64,000 bases of DNA from contig CP070794.1 of NCBI GenBank assembly GCA_020343435.1, positions 397,209 to 461,208 on the forward strand, given 5' to 3'. This stretch comes from an archaeon. GTDB lineage: Archaea > Nanobdellota > Nanobdellia > Pacearchaeales > UBA284. The position numbers and the translations under genes were made by a program. Below the pieces are notes generated by a model. The model did no database searches and had not been told where the DNA came from. It saw only the letters and a program-made list of their open reading frames with translations. Each line of letters starts with the position of its first letter. The first letter of the stretch is position 1. Below are positions 26,226 to 35,551 of this stretch, one piece after another.

Positions 26226-27113
26226 CTATACTTTATTTCCTATGTTCTTAGCTGTTTCTATATCTTGTTTTATTTCTGGTTCTTTGTTTAATGGCGCCGC
26301 CGAATCAAAAAGTTTTATTTCTTTCTCACGCAAAGAAATTATTTTTCTTATTTTATCTTTTGCGTTATACCCTTTTTCTTCCCATTCTGGGTATCCATAA
26401 CTCTGTTCTATCTTCTTATGCTTAATACCTAATTGAATACCTTTGGAAGCAATAACATCCTTTTGTAAAGCATATTCTTGCCAAGGACAAATAGCTACTT
26501 GTTCTGGAATACCTATTTTCAAACCAGGATATCCTATCTCTAATTCTGACTTAAGACTAAAGAATTTCTCATTGTTAATTTGTTCTATTGTAATCGGATC
26601 AAAACCAAATGTTCTAAAGTAAGCAATTAATTTACAACCATTCTTAGTTTTATGAAATTTAAAACTGCCGTCAGGCAAGAAGAAACGAAAAGCATATTTC
26701 CAGCCCCTTGGGCAATAACCAAGAAAGGACTTATCTTTCTCTAATTTCCTTATTAATTTATCTGGGAGATCATTTATTTTAGCTTCATATACAAAAGCAT
26801 GGCCAGATAGAACCAATGGTTTATTTTTTCCTAATTGATACCCTGTGATAAACCTTTCTATTTCTTTTTTTCTGTATGGATTAATTCCATAAAAGTTTAT
26901 TGAGTCTTTTAAAACAAAGATTAATCCTTTCTCTTCTAATCTTTTTATCGCCTTAGAGATGCCTCCAAAAGTGGATTTTGTTCTTCTAAGTAGTTCTTTT
27001 TGATTGAGCAAAGGTCCCTCTTTTACAAGATGGATTAAGATACTTACTTCTAAATGAGACAACGCGACTTTTTCCCAAGAAAATTTACTAATTTTCTTCA
27101 TCTTGTTTTTCAT
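26226..27113 (-). CDS. Winged-helix DNA-binding protein with a large C-terminal domain (element cargo; possible replication or regulatory protein)
   Basis: N-terminal wHTH (LIHLVKEGPLLNQKELLRRTKSTFGGISKAIKRLEEKGLI). The remainder is unrecognised. Confidence 0.55.
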   Translation of the reverse strand: MKNKMKKISKFSWEKVALSHLEVSILIHLVKEGPLLNQKELLRRTKSTFGGISKAIKRLEEKGLIFVLKDSINFYGINPYRKKEIERFITGYQLGKNKPLVLSGHAFVYEAKINDLPDKLIRKLEKDKSFLGYCPRGWKYAFRFFLPDGSFKFHKTKNGCKLIAYFRTFGFDPITIEQINNEKFFSLKSELEIGYPGLKIGIPEQVAICPWQEYALQKDVIASKGIQLGIKHKKIEQSYGYPEWEEKGYNAKDKIRKIISLREKEIKLFDSAAPLNKEPEIKQDIETAKNIGNKV

Positions 27114-27244
27114 TTTTTTTGTTCTCCGAGCTATTAATAAGATTTAATATTATCTCCTCCCACTGCTCTAAAGGTTGTTTTTGTTCCATTATACTTTCCA
27201 AGGAAAAAATATATAAGGACTTAGTGGTAAATTTTACTATAAAA

Positions 27245-27733
27245 ATGAAAATAAATAAAAAAGATTTCGAAGGGAAATTAATTCATCAAGATGAAGAAGG
27301 AATAACTTTTCTTAGTAGGTTTGAAAACAAGGGAAATGGTGTACTTGCACTAAATCTTTATGGATATACTAAATATAAACCGGATAATAATAGAATGACT
27401 TTAAAAACAACTGGGAGTCATCTTAGTCCAGAAAAAAACACTTTAATTCGAGCAAAGATCACAGAGAAAAAATTAACTGGTCTTTGGAATATATCTAATA
27501 AAATGAGACTTAGGGCCGTGGCTAAAGATAGACGATTCAAAGCAAATGAGCTTGCAGCAGTAACTATATTTTCAAATAAAAATGAAATTTCTGTAAAACC
27601 TGCAAATATCCAATTTGATGATCCAGAACCATCAAAAACATATGAAAGTCTCGGACCTTTTCCAGAAGATTGTGGATCTAATAAATCTTGCAATCATTTC
27701 AAGAAAAAAGTTTCTTCTTTAGAAGATCCATAA
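27245..27733 (+). CDS. Hypothetical protein (element cargo)
   Basis: In-frame ATG at 27245, preceded by an A/T-rich TATA-like stretch. The track ORF starts earlier at 27119 in what is probably non-coding sequence. The 3' end overlaps the integrase 3' end by 35 nt. Confidence 0.35.
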   Translation: MKINKKDFEGKLIHQDEEGITFLSRFENKGNGVLALNLYGYTKYKPDNNRMTLKTTGSHLSPEKNTLIRAKITEKKLTGLWNISNKMRLRAVAKDRRFKANELAAVTIFSNKNEISVKPANIQFDDPEPSKTYESLGPFPEDCGSNKSCNHFKKKVSSLEDP

Positions 27734-28874
27734 ACTCCTTATCTTTTACAAGATTATTCATTAGTTCATTTATTTTATTCCTCTCTAAATCTGCTTTAAC
27801 AATTTTATTAGCTTCTTCTTGATCTAAAATCATCCCACACATCTCACAAAAAAGGCTTGTGGGTTTATTTCTATGCTTACATCTCCCGCATTCTTTAATT
27901 TCAATTTTACTTTTTTCTTTTTTCTCTCTTTGTATTCCATTTAATTCTAAAATAGCATCATCAGTATCTCTTTGAGATAAATGAACATAAACAGCAGCCA
28001 TCTTGGAACCTTGTTTCCATCCCATTACTGATTTTAGTTGAGCGTCACTTAAATGTTTAGCAAGATAAGTTGCTCTGGCATGCCTAAAACTGTGAGGATT
28101 TACTCTTTTTCTAACCCCTGCTTTTTCTTTTGCATTCTTTAGAATATTTTTTATTCTCGCATAGGTTATCAAATTATTCTTTTGAGAAAGCCAAACAAAT
28201 GATTCAGGATTGTGATTATCTGGATGACCATCATTTATCCAATTCAAGAGATAACCTGAAGAAGAAATTAATCTAACATATCTGGAACCAGTTTTGCCAA
28301 AAACACTTATTTTTGCTCCAAATTCATCAAAAGAAACATTCTTTATTTTAATTGTTGCTAATTCTCCAATTCTACATCCAGATTCATATAAACAGGCAAT
28401 AAATGCTTTATCTCTACTCTTATTTGAGTTTTGTATTAACTTCAAGATATCTTCTTCATTTAGTAAATCTTCTGGTAGTCTTTGTTTGCCTGAATCGGCA
28501 GTAGTCTTAATCCATCTAACTTCTTCTGGGTAAATATCTTCCGCATTTCTTAACCACTTGTAGAATTTCTTTAATATTATCCTAAAACCCCTTTTAGTAT
28601 TGTAAGCATAATCTTTTTTCTCAATAACTGCTAAAACATGTTGTATATCCTCTTGATTGCATTTATCGAGGTCTCTAACAACAATCTCAGTAATTTTTCT
28701 TAAATCATAAAGATATCTTGCAATTTTAGCCTTTCCTATCCCATCTGCAATACAAGCATCTTGAAATTTCATTAAAATTTCTTTATTTTTCTTAGAAATA
28801 TCACTTTCTTTTATTCTTTTTATTGTTGCTTCTAATTTCTTTGCATAATGATGTATATCTATTGTTTGTTCCAT
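27699..28874 (-). CDS. Tyrosine recombinase/integrase with a C-terminal zinc ribbon
   Basis: Catalytic region with HSFRHARATYLAK and GWKQGSKMAAVYVHLS (R..HxxR..Y pattern). An extra CGRCKH..CEMCG follows. The gene is 86 nt from tRNA-Glu. Confidence 0.85.
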   Translation of the reverse strand: MEQTIDIHHYAKKLEATIKRIKESDISKKNKEILMKFQDACIADGIGKAKIARYLYDLRKITEIVVRDLDKCNQEDIQHVLAVIEKKDYAYNTKRGFRIILKKFYKWLRNAEDIYPEEVRWIKTTADSGKQRLPEDLLNEEDILKLIQNSNKSRDKAFIACLYESGCRIGELATIKIKNVSFDEFGAKISVFGKTGSRYVRLISSSGYLLNWINDGHPDNHNPESFVWLSQKNNLITYARIKNILKNAKEKAGVRKRVNPHSFRHARATYLAKHLSDAQLKSVMGWKQGSKMAAVYVHLSQRDTDDAILELNGIQREKKEKSKIEIKECGRCKHRNKPTSLFCEMCGMILDQEEANKIVKADLERNKINELMNNLVKDKEFMDLLKKKLFS

Positions 28875-28936
28875 ATTGCTCTTAATGAGCAGTGGTTTTA
28901 AACACCAGTGGTAACTTTTACCACAAACTACTCATA

Positions 28937-28947
28937 AGAGCACTGTC
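28937..28947 (+). repeat. Right inverted repeat just inside the element end
   Basis: AGAGCACTGTC is the reverse complement of 21871-21881. Confidence 0.6.
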
Positions 28948-28960
28948 GAATGTATATTCA

Positions 28961-29033
28961 TGCTCCCGCCGGGATTTGAACCCGGGTCACTGCCTCGAGA
29001 GGGCAGTATCCTTGGCCTCTAGACTACAGGAGC
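28961..29033 (-). tRNA. tRNA-Glu (CTC)
   Basis: Reverse complement: GCTCCTG..CGGGAGC-A, anticodon arm CTGCC-CTCTCGA-GGCAG, T arm CCGGG-TTCAAAT-CCCGG. Confidence 0.9.
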
Positions 29034-29069
29034 TTACTAACTAGAAGAATTAGTGTTTTAAAAGATTTC

Positions 29070-29213
29070 TTAAATCTTAATTTTTTCAACAACAATGATC
29101 TGTCCACATTTTTTACAGAATAAAATCTTATTATCTCTATTACTAGCCATTACTTTTTCTTTAGTCTTACATTTGGGACATTCCACTTCTATTTCCTTTT
29201 CTTGGAGTTTCAT
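29070..29213 (-). CDS. Small (47 aa) zinc-ribbon protein
   Basis: MKLQEKEIEVECPKCKTKEK...FCKKCGQIIVV has two CxxC pairs. Its leader carries the motif TTAACAGGCTAAGG. Confidence 0.4.
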   Translation of the reverse strand: MKLQEKEIEVECPKCKTKEKVMASNRDNKILFCKKCGQIIVVEKIKI

Positions 29214-29309
29214 TTTCCTTAGCCTGTTAATTCTTAGGAATTTGGTCTATTTATAATTTCTTGTTTTCTAGAATATAAAAAATAAAATAGAAAGAAAAAT
29301 TATCTAGAT

Positions 29310-29564
29310 TTATTCTTCAACTAAAAAAACAGTATCATTGGGTCTTACTCTGTCCTTTACTTTTACTCCAATGTCATCTCCTGCTTTTGCAGTTTCAACT
29401 GCTTTATTCTCTATCTGTATGCTATCTACTGCTTGTTCAAAATCTGTTGTATGTCCCTTTATGTGGATTTTGTTCCCTACCTTAAGTTCTGCAGTTAGTT
29501 TTAGTGCTGCTACTCCTGGCTTTGCAAAGTAAATAAAGACCTTTCCGATTTCTTTTTCTGCCAT
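29310..29564 (-). CDS. Small beta-barrel protein resembling EF-Tu domain 2
   Basis: 84-aa ORF. The pattern LKVGNKIHIKGHTTDFEQAVDSIQIENKAVETAKAGDDIGVKV is typical of translation-factor domain II-like proteins. Confidence 0.55.
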   Translation of the reverse strand: MAEKEIGKVFIYFAKPGVAALKLTAELKVGNKIHIKGHTTDFEQAVDSIQIENKAVETAKAGDDIGVKVKDRVRPNDTVFLVEE

Positions 29565-29602
29565 GTATTTTAGAGTAGGGTTAATTATTTAAATTTAATG
29601 AA

Positions 29603-29675
29603 TAGCTCCACCAGGATTCGAACCTGGGTCATGAGGACCAGAACCTCATATGCTTGACCACTACACTATGGAGCT
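29603..29675 (-). tRNA. tRNA-Gln (CTG)
   Basis: Reverse complement: AGCTCCA..TGGAGCT-A, anticodon arm TGAGG-TTCTGGT-CCTCA, T arm CCAGG-TTCGAAT-CCTGG. Confidence 0.9.
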
Positions 29676-29728
29676 ATATAATTCTAAATTAACAATCTTT
29701 AAAAAATGTTTTTGTTTATGAATATTGT

Positions 29729-29801
29729 GCCTTTGTAGCTCAGTTGGTAGAGCGCTTCGTTGGTAACGAAGAGGTCGTGGGTTCAAATCCCACCAGAGGC
29801 T
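29729..29801 (+). tRNA. tRNA-Thr (GGT)
   Basis: GCCTTTG..CAGAGGC-T, anticodon arm CTTCG-TTGGTAA-CGAAG, T arm GTGGG-TTCAAAT-CCCAC. Confidence 0.9.
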
Positions 29802-29838
29802 TACAAAACTATAAAAAGCCCTTAAAACTACAGATAAA

Positions 29839-30324
29839 ATGGAAAAGCATCATGGATTAAATGAGTTAAAGAAGGAATATTCTAAGTTCGTGAAAAAATA
29901 CAAATTACCAGAATTCTCTGAGCTTAACAAAGAATTTGAGATAGAGAAAGTTCAAGAAAAAGAGACAGAATTCTTGTTAAGAGAGATTAGAAGAGCTATA
30001 AGTGAAAAAATAGTTGCTTTCCTTAAATTCTTAGAATTATTTATGAATCCTTCTGGAGCTCCATTATTTATCCTAATTTCATTAAAAGGACTAACCCATA
30101 GTAAAAAAGAGAAAATAGAACACCTGTATAGTGAATTAGTAAAAACAGAATTAGGGTCTGTATCTTTGGATATTGAATATCAAGAAAAAGAAGAAGTAAG
30201 ATTCATAAAAGAGTGTTATAAAAAATGGAAAGAGGTTAAACCTGATTTACATGGTATTTTCAAAGAACTAGAGAAAATTCATTCAAAGGGTTCTGAAAAG
30301 AAAACTAAAAGTTATTTTGGTTAG
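29839..30324 (+). CDS. Hypothetical cytoplasmic protein
   Basis: 161-aa ORF with helical, K/E-rich composition and no recognisable motif. Confidence 0.5.
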   Translation: MEKHHGLNELKKEYSKFVKKYKLPEFSELNKEFEIEKVQEKETEFLLREIRRAISEKIVAFLKFLELFMNPSGAPLFILISLKGLTHSKKEKIEHLYSELVKTELGSVSLDIEYQEKEEVRFIKECYKKWKEVKPDLHGIFKELEKIHSKGSEKKTKSYFG

Positions 30325-31973
30325 AATAAAGAATTAAAATCTATTTCTATACAGCTTACCGGCAGTTTAAGATTCCAGTTAGATATTGTTTGTGGGGATA
30401 ATTCTCCAATAAATCCAATTATCTTGTCTTTTATCTTTATTTCTGCAGATCTTCCTGGAATAAAGTAAGGATAATCTTTTGGAACTAAAGAGTATTCTAA
30501 TTTTTTATTTTTTAAAATATAATCTAAAACTTGAACAGCCTCGGTAAAATTAGCTTTTGCATGAGATATTGCTAGAGCTAATTTAAGATTATCTTTTGTT
30601 TTGGTTTCTGCTCTTGGAGATGGTTCTGTTGTTAAACCAATCTCAAATATTTTTTGAGGATAATCTTTTGTAGTGTTATTAGACAAAAATTTAATTAGTG
30701 AAGGCAACAACCATTTTCTTAGACATGTGAAAGTTTCTGAATAAGGGTTAATTAATTCTACTATTTCTCCTTTTTTCATGTTCACATTATCAAATTGTTC
30801 TTTTTTATTAGATAATAAGAAAGAAGCAATTTCTTGGAATTCTAATCCTGTTAAAAGATCTGCTATCTGTGCTTTTCTTTTTGTTGTTTCTAGAATTCCT
30901 CCTGTTGTGTACATCTTAGGTTCTACTGGTTTAAAGTTTTTGAACCCATAATTAATTGCTATATCTTCAATTAGATCTACGTTATGGATAATATCTTGTC
31001 TATAGAAAGGAATCTCAACAACAAATTGATTGTTGGTTTGTTTTACACCATATCTTAATTTTGTTAATAAATCAATAACTTGTTTTGGTTTTAGATCTAA
31101 TCCTAACAGAGAATTAATTTCTTCTAATTTTATTCTTCTACTTTTTGTCTTAAAGAAGGGAGTTGTGATTTTTTTTCTATCTTTTATAATTACAGAATAG
31201 ATTTTTCCACCACGTTCTGCTAATGCTGAAACAGTTATATTAAGTACATGGGATAGTTTATCTAAATCAAATCCTGAAACCTCTATGAAAACATTTTTTG
31301 TTTTCTCAGTTATCTTACCACTATAATCAGAATTAATAATTGGGGGCATGCTCAGAACATTTTTATCAGCGTCGATAAAAATAGGATATTCTTTCTTATC
31401 TTTTAATAAATGTCCATAGGCTTGTCCTTTTTCATGTTTTTCTACAATTTGTTTTAAGTTTAATTTTTCTACTAAACCTAAGGGTGTGAAACTTAGAGCT
31501 TCTGGTTTATATGTTGTATAAGTTATTGGCCATTTTATTTTATCAAAATCATAAATTCCTATTGCAGCTTCTTTTCTTCTTCTTCCAAAAGTATCACATA
31601 GTTTTTCTTGTAATTGTACTATCTGTTCTATGAATTTTTCAGTGAAATGTAGATCTTTTACCACAGCACAAACTGTGAATGGTCTAATACTTTTTACTTT
31701 ATGAGAAACTTTGACGATGAAACTAGATTTTTCTACAGGATATGTTGCTAATTTTCTTTCTCTTCCAACCAATCCCTTGAGTTCTCTTGCAATTCCTTCT
31801 GTAGATAATAAATCTGCCCTGTTTGTGTCTTCGATTTTAACTATTAGTTTATCTTTTTCTACGTTTTCTACACTAACTTTAGTCATTTCTAGTAATTCTG
31901 TTAGTTTTTCTATTGTAAATGGTTTTTTTACTAGTTTTTCTATGTCTTTTTTACTAATTTCTATTGTTGGCAT
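30321..31973 (-). CDS. pheT: Phenylalanyl-tRNA synthetase beta subunit (archaeal type)
   Basis: 550-aa ORF with a typical N-terminus (MPTIEISKKDIEKL). It sits immediately downstream of pheS and is separated from it by 1 nt. Confidence 0.85.
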   Translation of the reverse strand: MPTIEISKKDIEKLVKKPFTIEKLTELLEMTKVSVENVEKDKLIVKIEDTNRADLLSTEGIARELKGLVGRERKLATYPVEKSSFIVKVSHKVKSIRPFTVCAVVKDLHFTEKFIEQIVQLQEKLCDTFGRRRKEAAIGIYDFDKIKWPITYTTYKPEALSFTPLGLVEKLNLKQIVEKHEKGQAYGHLLKDKKEYPIFIDADKNVLSMPPIINSDYSGKITEKTKNVFIEVSGFDLDKLSHVLNITVSALAERGGKIYSVIIKDRKKITTPFFKTKSRRIKLEEINSLLGLDLKPKQVIDLLTKLRYGVKQTNNQFVVEIPFYRQDIIHNVDLIEDIAINYGFKNFKPVEPKMYTTGGILETTKRKAQIADLLTGLEFQEIASFLLSNKKEQFDNVNMKKGEIVELINPYSETFTCLRKWLLPSLIKFLSNNTTKDYPQKIFEIGLTTEPSPRAETKTKDNLKLALAISHAKANFTEAVQVLDYILKNKKLEYSLVPKDYPYFIPGRSAEIKIKDKIIGFIGELSPQTISNWNLKLPVSCIEIDFNSLF

Positions 31974-31974
31974 T

Positions 31975-33453
31975 TTATGATTTTCTTAAAAAGTTTATAT
32001 CTTGACTAAATATATCTCTGATATCTTTGATTCCTCTTTCTATCATAAATAATCTATCAATTCCCAATCCCCAGGCAATTACTTTTTTATCAATTCCAAA
32101 AGGTTCTGTAACTTCTGGTCTGAATATTCCTGCTCCACCCAATTCCAACCATTTACCATCAAAATAAGCTTGTAATTCAACTGATGGTTCTGTGAAAGGG
32201 AAATATGCTGGAACAAATCTTATTTTTGTTGTTTTAGCTATTTTCTCTGCAAAGAGTTTTAATAATCCTAATAAGTGTCTGAAATTAACATCTCCAATAA
32301 CTATTCCATCTAATTGGTTGAATTCTGTTAAATGAGAAGAATCTATAACATCTGGCCTAAATACCCTTGATATTGTGTAGTATTTTCCAGGTATTTTTGG
32401 TTTGCTAGCCATTACCCTGGATGATACAGCTGTTCCTTGGCTTCTTAGAAGCAATTTAGAGGTCTCTTCATTACTAAACTTGTATTTCCAACCTTCTGAA
32501 CCTGTTTTCCAGCCATTTTCATGAGTTTTTTTAATTTTTAGTAATAGATTATGATGTTTTCTTAGATCTGCTTTTCCTTTTATGAAGTATAGATCATGAA
32601 TTCCCTTAGCAGGATGGTTTTGGGGCATGAATAGAGAACAACAATTAAAGAAACTATCTTCAACTATTGGTCCGTCAGCTTCTTGGAATCCTATTGCTGA
32701 GAGTTCATCTTTGACTTTTTCTAAGAATTTTAAGTAAGGATGTCTTTTTCCTCCAAAAATGGATGGAGTTTTTGTTTTGATATCATAAACTCTGAATTTT
32801 TTTCCTTTCCATTTTTTATTTTTAATTATTTCTGGAGTTAATTGCTCTATTAAATCTTGTCTGAATGTTTTTGCTTTTGTAATTAAGTGTTTGCCTTCTT
32901 CTGTTATTTCATATGAAACTTCTTCTTTTTTCTCTACAAGAATTAGATTTCTTCTTTTTTGTAATTCTTTGATTAGTTTTTCTTGAGATTTTAATTGAGA
33001 TAATGGTTTTGGTAAAGATTCTAAGAATTTTTCTTCAGGGAACTTGTTTACTAGCTCTTCTTTTGATTTTTCAAAGGTTAGTTTACCTGACTCTATTTTA
33101 ATCATTCCTTTGTCTTTTAATGACCCTAGAGCTGCTTGGAATTCATTATCAGATAATCCTGATTGTTTTTTAGCTTCTTGAAACTGTAGATCTGGTTTTG
33201 TTGAGATTAATGTTAAAAGATTCCTCTCTGGTAGTCCTGTTTTAACATATCTTATCCCATTTACATCTAGAATTAGGGTTTCTTTCTTGGTTTTTTTAAG
33301 AGTTATGATTTTTTTATTTGATAAAAACTGTAAAGCTCTCTTTATTGATGTTTCATCTAACCCTGATTTTTCTTCGATCTCTTTTAGATTTTTTAGTTCT
33401 AAGAAAGGAAGGATTTTCCTCTCTATGGGACTAAGAGATAATAGTTTATCCAT
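31975..33453 (-). CDS. pheS: Phenylalanyl-tRNA synthetase alpha subunit
   Basis: Class II motifs RVFRPDVIDSSHLTEFNQLDG and GLGIDRL, with N-terminal wHTH repeats. Confidence 0.9.
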   Translation of the reverse strand: MDKLLSLSPIERKILPFLELKNLKEIEEKSGLDETSIKRALQFLSNKKIITLKKTKKETLILDVNGIRYVKTGLPERNLLTLISTKPDLQFQEAKKQSGLSDNEFQAALGSLKDKGMIKIESGKLTFEKSKEELVNKFPEEKFLESLPKPLSQLKSQEKLIKELQKRRNLILVEKKEEVSYEITEEGKHLITKAKTFRQDLIEQLTPEIIKNKKWKGKKFRVYDIKTKTPSIFGGKRHPYLKFLEKVKDELSAIGFQEADGPIVEDSFFNCCSLFMPQNHPAKGIHDLYFIKGKADLRKHHNLLLKIKKTHENGWKTGSEGWKYKFSNEETSKLLLRSQGTAVSSRVMASKPKIPGKYYTISRVFRPDVIDSSHLTEFNQLDGIVIGDVNFRHLLGLLKLFAEKIAKTTKIRFVPAYFPFTEPSVELQAYFDGKWLELGGAGIFRPEVTEPFGIDKKVIAWGLGIDRLFMIERGIKDIRDIFSQDINFLRKS

Positions 33454-33484
33454 AGATTATTAAAGAAAAAAGAACTTTAAAAAC

Positions 33485-35071
33485 TTACTTTCTCTTTCTT
33501 TGAAGAGGTCTTTCAATTTTCTTTGGTTTTCTACCTAAAAAGATTGCTAAGACTATGATCACTACAATCAATACGATGATTAAGATTACCCATCCAATGT
33601 TGTGTTTGAATTCAAACCAGAATTGATCTGATCCAGATGCGCTTGGAGTCTCTTTTGAAACACTGAAGGTTACTTCTTCTTCAATTGTTTGACCATTATA
33701 AGTTAATGTTAATGTGAAACTTACTGTTCCTGAGATATCTTCTCTAATTGAGAAGTACATTGTTTCAATTGCGGTTTCTCCTGCTCCTAAATCATGATCT
33801 ATATAACATTCTTCTGCTTGTTCATTCCATGATTGAGAATCAGAAACACAAACTTGATAATCTTCAATTGTTGCTGTTCCAGTATTTTTTACCTTTACAT
33901 CAAAACTCATAGATTCTCCTGCAAAAGCAGAACCCATTCTCTCGGCTGATAATGATAAGGATTCTGTTAAAACAACACATCCACCCTTAATTTCAATATC
34001 TTCATACTGGGTTGCTGAATCTCTATATTCATCGTCATCGTCATCGTAATTAAAGTAAGCTGTTAATTTTAGAGAGTATGTTCCTTCTTCTATATCTTCT
34101 GGGATATCAAAGTTGAAAAAGAAAGTTTCTTCTTCTCCTTCTTGAACTTCATCTTCCTCTGATAAATCTATTCCTAATTCATTGCTGAAAAAAGTTAATT
34201 CTACATCTTCATCTCTTTTACCAGCATTTCCTAATCTTACTGTTAAATCTGTGAATGAACCACATCTCACTTCTTCTTCAGATAAAGTTATTCTATCAAA
34301 TATGATATGGTGAGATTTTTGTTTGAGTTCTATATCAACAGAGTCTTCTAAACAGTCATCTTCATCATCTTCATCATATGCTTTGGCATTTACTACAAAT
34401 CTATTATCTGGATCTGCATCATATGGAATTTTTAATGAGAAAGTGAAGGTTTCATCTTCATCTTCTTCTAATGAGATGTCTTCTGAAATATCTTTAACTA
34501 CTTCATTTTCATCAATATCATAAAGTTCTATTTCAACTGTTGCATCAAGGTCATCATCTGCTTCTACCTTTATTTCTACATCAATTGTGTCTCCTAAGTA
34601 GAAATCATCCCCACTATCTGGTTCTTTAATTGTGAAAGTACTCATTTCATCTGCATTTCCTTCACAGAAACATCTTCTTACTCTGATAGGTTGGGTAAAT
34701 GTGTAATTAGTATCATTTCCTCCATAGTTATGAGATACATATATAGTAACACTATAAGTTTCTGCATAAACAGTGTTAACATCAACTGTGAAATTAACTA
34801 TTGAGCTGTTGTTTGCACCGATTGTGAATGGTGTTCCTGTATTAATAGTAATATTAAGCTCATCTAAAACAGAACTTGGAACTGCAGCCCAGATTCCATT
34901 AATTGTGGCTGTAGTTGTGGTGTTTCCATTAATTAGATTAAAAGAACCTTGTTCTGTATCATCCCAACATATTTCTGTAGTTGTAACACCTGCAGAAAGA
35001 GTAGCTGTTGCAGCTGACATGGCCAAAATGCAAGCTAAACATAAAACAACGCTTAACAATATTTTGTTCAT
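33485..35071 (-). CDS. Acidic cell-surface protein with signal peptide and C-terminal TM anchor
   Basis: Signal MNKILLSVVLCLACILAMSA, D/E-rich Ig-like repeats, and a C-terminal TM helix with a basic tail. Confidence 0.6.
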   Translation of the reverse strand: MNKILLSVVLCLACILAMSAATATLSAGVTTTEICWDDTEQGSFNLINGNTTTTATINGIWAAVPSSVLDELNITINTGTPFTIGANNSSIVNFTVDVNTVYAETYSVTIYVSHNYGGNDTNYTFTQPIRVRRCFCEGNADEMSTFTIKEPDSGDDFYLGDTIDVEIKVEADDDLDATVEIELYDIDENEVVKDISEDISLEEDEDETFTFSLKIPYDADPDNRFVVNAKAYDEDDEDDCLEDSVDIELKQKSHHIIFDRITLSEEEVRCGSFTDLTVRLGNAGKRDEDVELTFFSNELGIDLSEEDEVQEGEEETFFFNFDIPEDIEEGTYSLKLTAYFNYDDDDDEYRDSATQYEDIEIKGGCVVLTESLSLSAERMGSAFAGESMSFDVKVKNTGTATIEDYQVCVSDSQSWNEQAEECYIDHDLGAGETAIETMYFSIREDISGTVSFTLTLTYNGQTIEEEVTFSVSKETPSASGSDQFWFEFKHNIGWVILIIVLIVVIIVLAIFLGRKPKKIERPLQRKRK

Positions 35072-35148
35072 TTTTTCTTAGCCTTTATTTTTGTTGTAAT
35101 TCTCAAGTTAAGTCACTTTAAAAACTTTTCTGTTCTGTTTTGAAACAG

Positions 35149-35424
35149 TTAATTAAAAGCGTTCTTGATCTTCAGAATTGCTTCAGCAACGTTCTGTCCT
35201 TTGTTAGTTAATTTGATTAGTTTTATTCTTCCTTTCTTTTCAAAAGCAACTAATCCATATTTTTCTAGACTTTGTAGAATTTTAACAGCATGAGAATAAG
35301 TACAATCAACTTCCTTAGCTAATAAACTTCCATATCTTGCTCTTAAGTTTTTTTTCAAAGCGATTAGAATTAGGGCGGGTTTCTTTCTAAAAAATGTATC
35401 AAATGCGTCTTTCATTTTCATCAT
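35149..35424 (-). CDS. Small winged-helix transcription regulator
   Basis: 91-aa ORF with the wHTH pattern YGSLLAKEVDCTYSHAVKILQSLEKYGLVAFEKKGR. Its leader carries the motif TTAACAGGCTAAGG. Confidence 0.6.
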   Translation of the reverse strand: MMKMKDAFDTFFRKKPALILIALKKNLRARYGSLLAKEVDCTYSHAVKILQSLEKYGLVAFEKKGRIKLIKLTNKGQNVAEAILKIKNAFN

Positions 35425-35551
35425 TTTCCCTTAGCCTGTTAAATGATTATTATAATATAAACTATATGTTAGAGTATAACCTTTGTTTATAAAGTTTTCG
35501 TTTTAGAGTGAGAACACTTTTAGGGACGGTAAGAAAAACTACTTTTCGTCG

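Larger units (their letters stand above)
21843..28971. mobile_element. Integrated element (about 7.1 kb) in the 3' end of tRNA-Glu
   Basis: The 12-bp direct repeat ATGCTCCCGCCG sits at both ends, and the right copy is the tRNA-Glu 3' end. The 11-bp inverted repeats GACAGTGCTCT/AGAGCACTGTC lie 16 and 12 nt inside the ends. A tyrosine integrase gene is adjacent to the tRNA, and no housekeeping genes lie inside. Confidence 0.7.

Noticed and set aside
27119-27244. N-terminal 42 codons of track ORF 27119-27733
   Set aside because: The ORF starts with TTG immediately after the neighbouring gene's start region and covers a TATA-like A/T stretch. An internal ATG at 27245 is the more plausible start.
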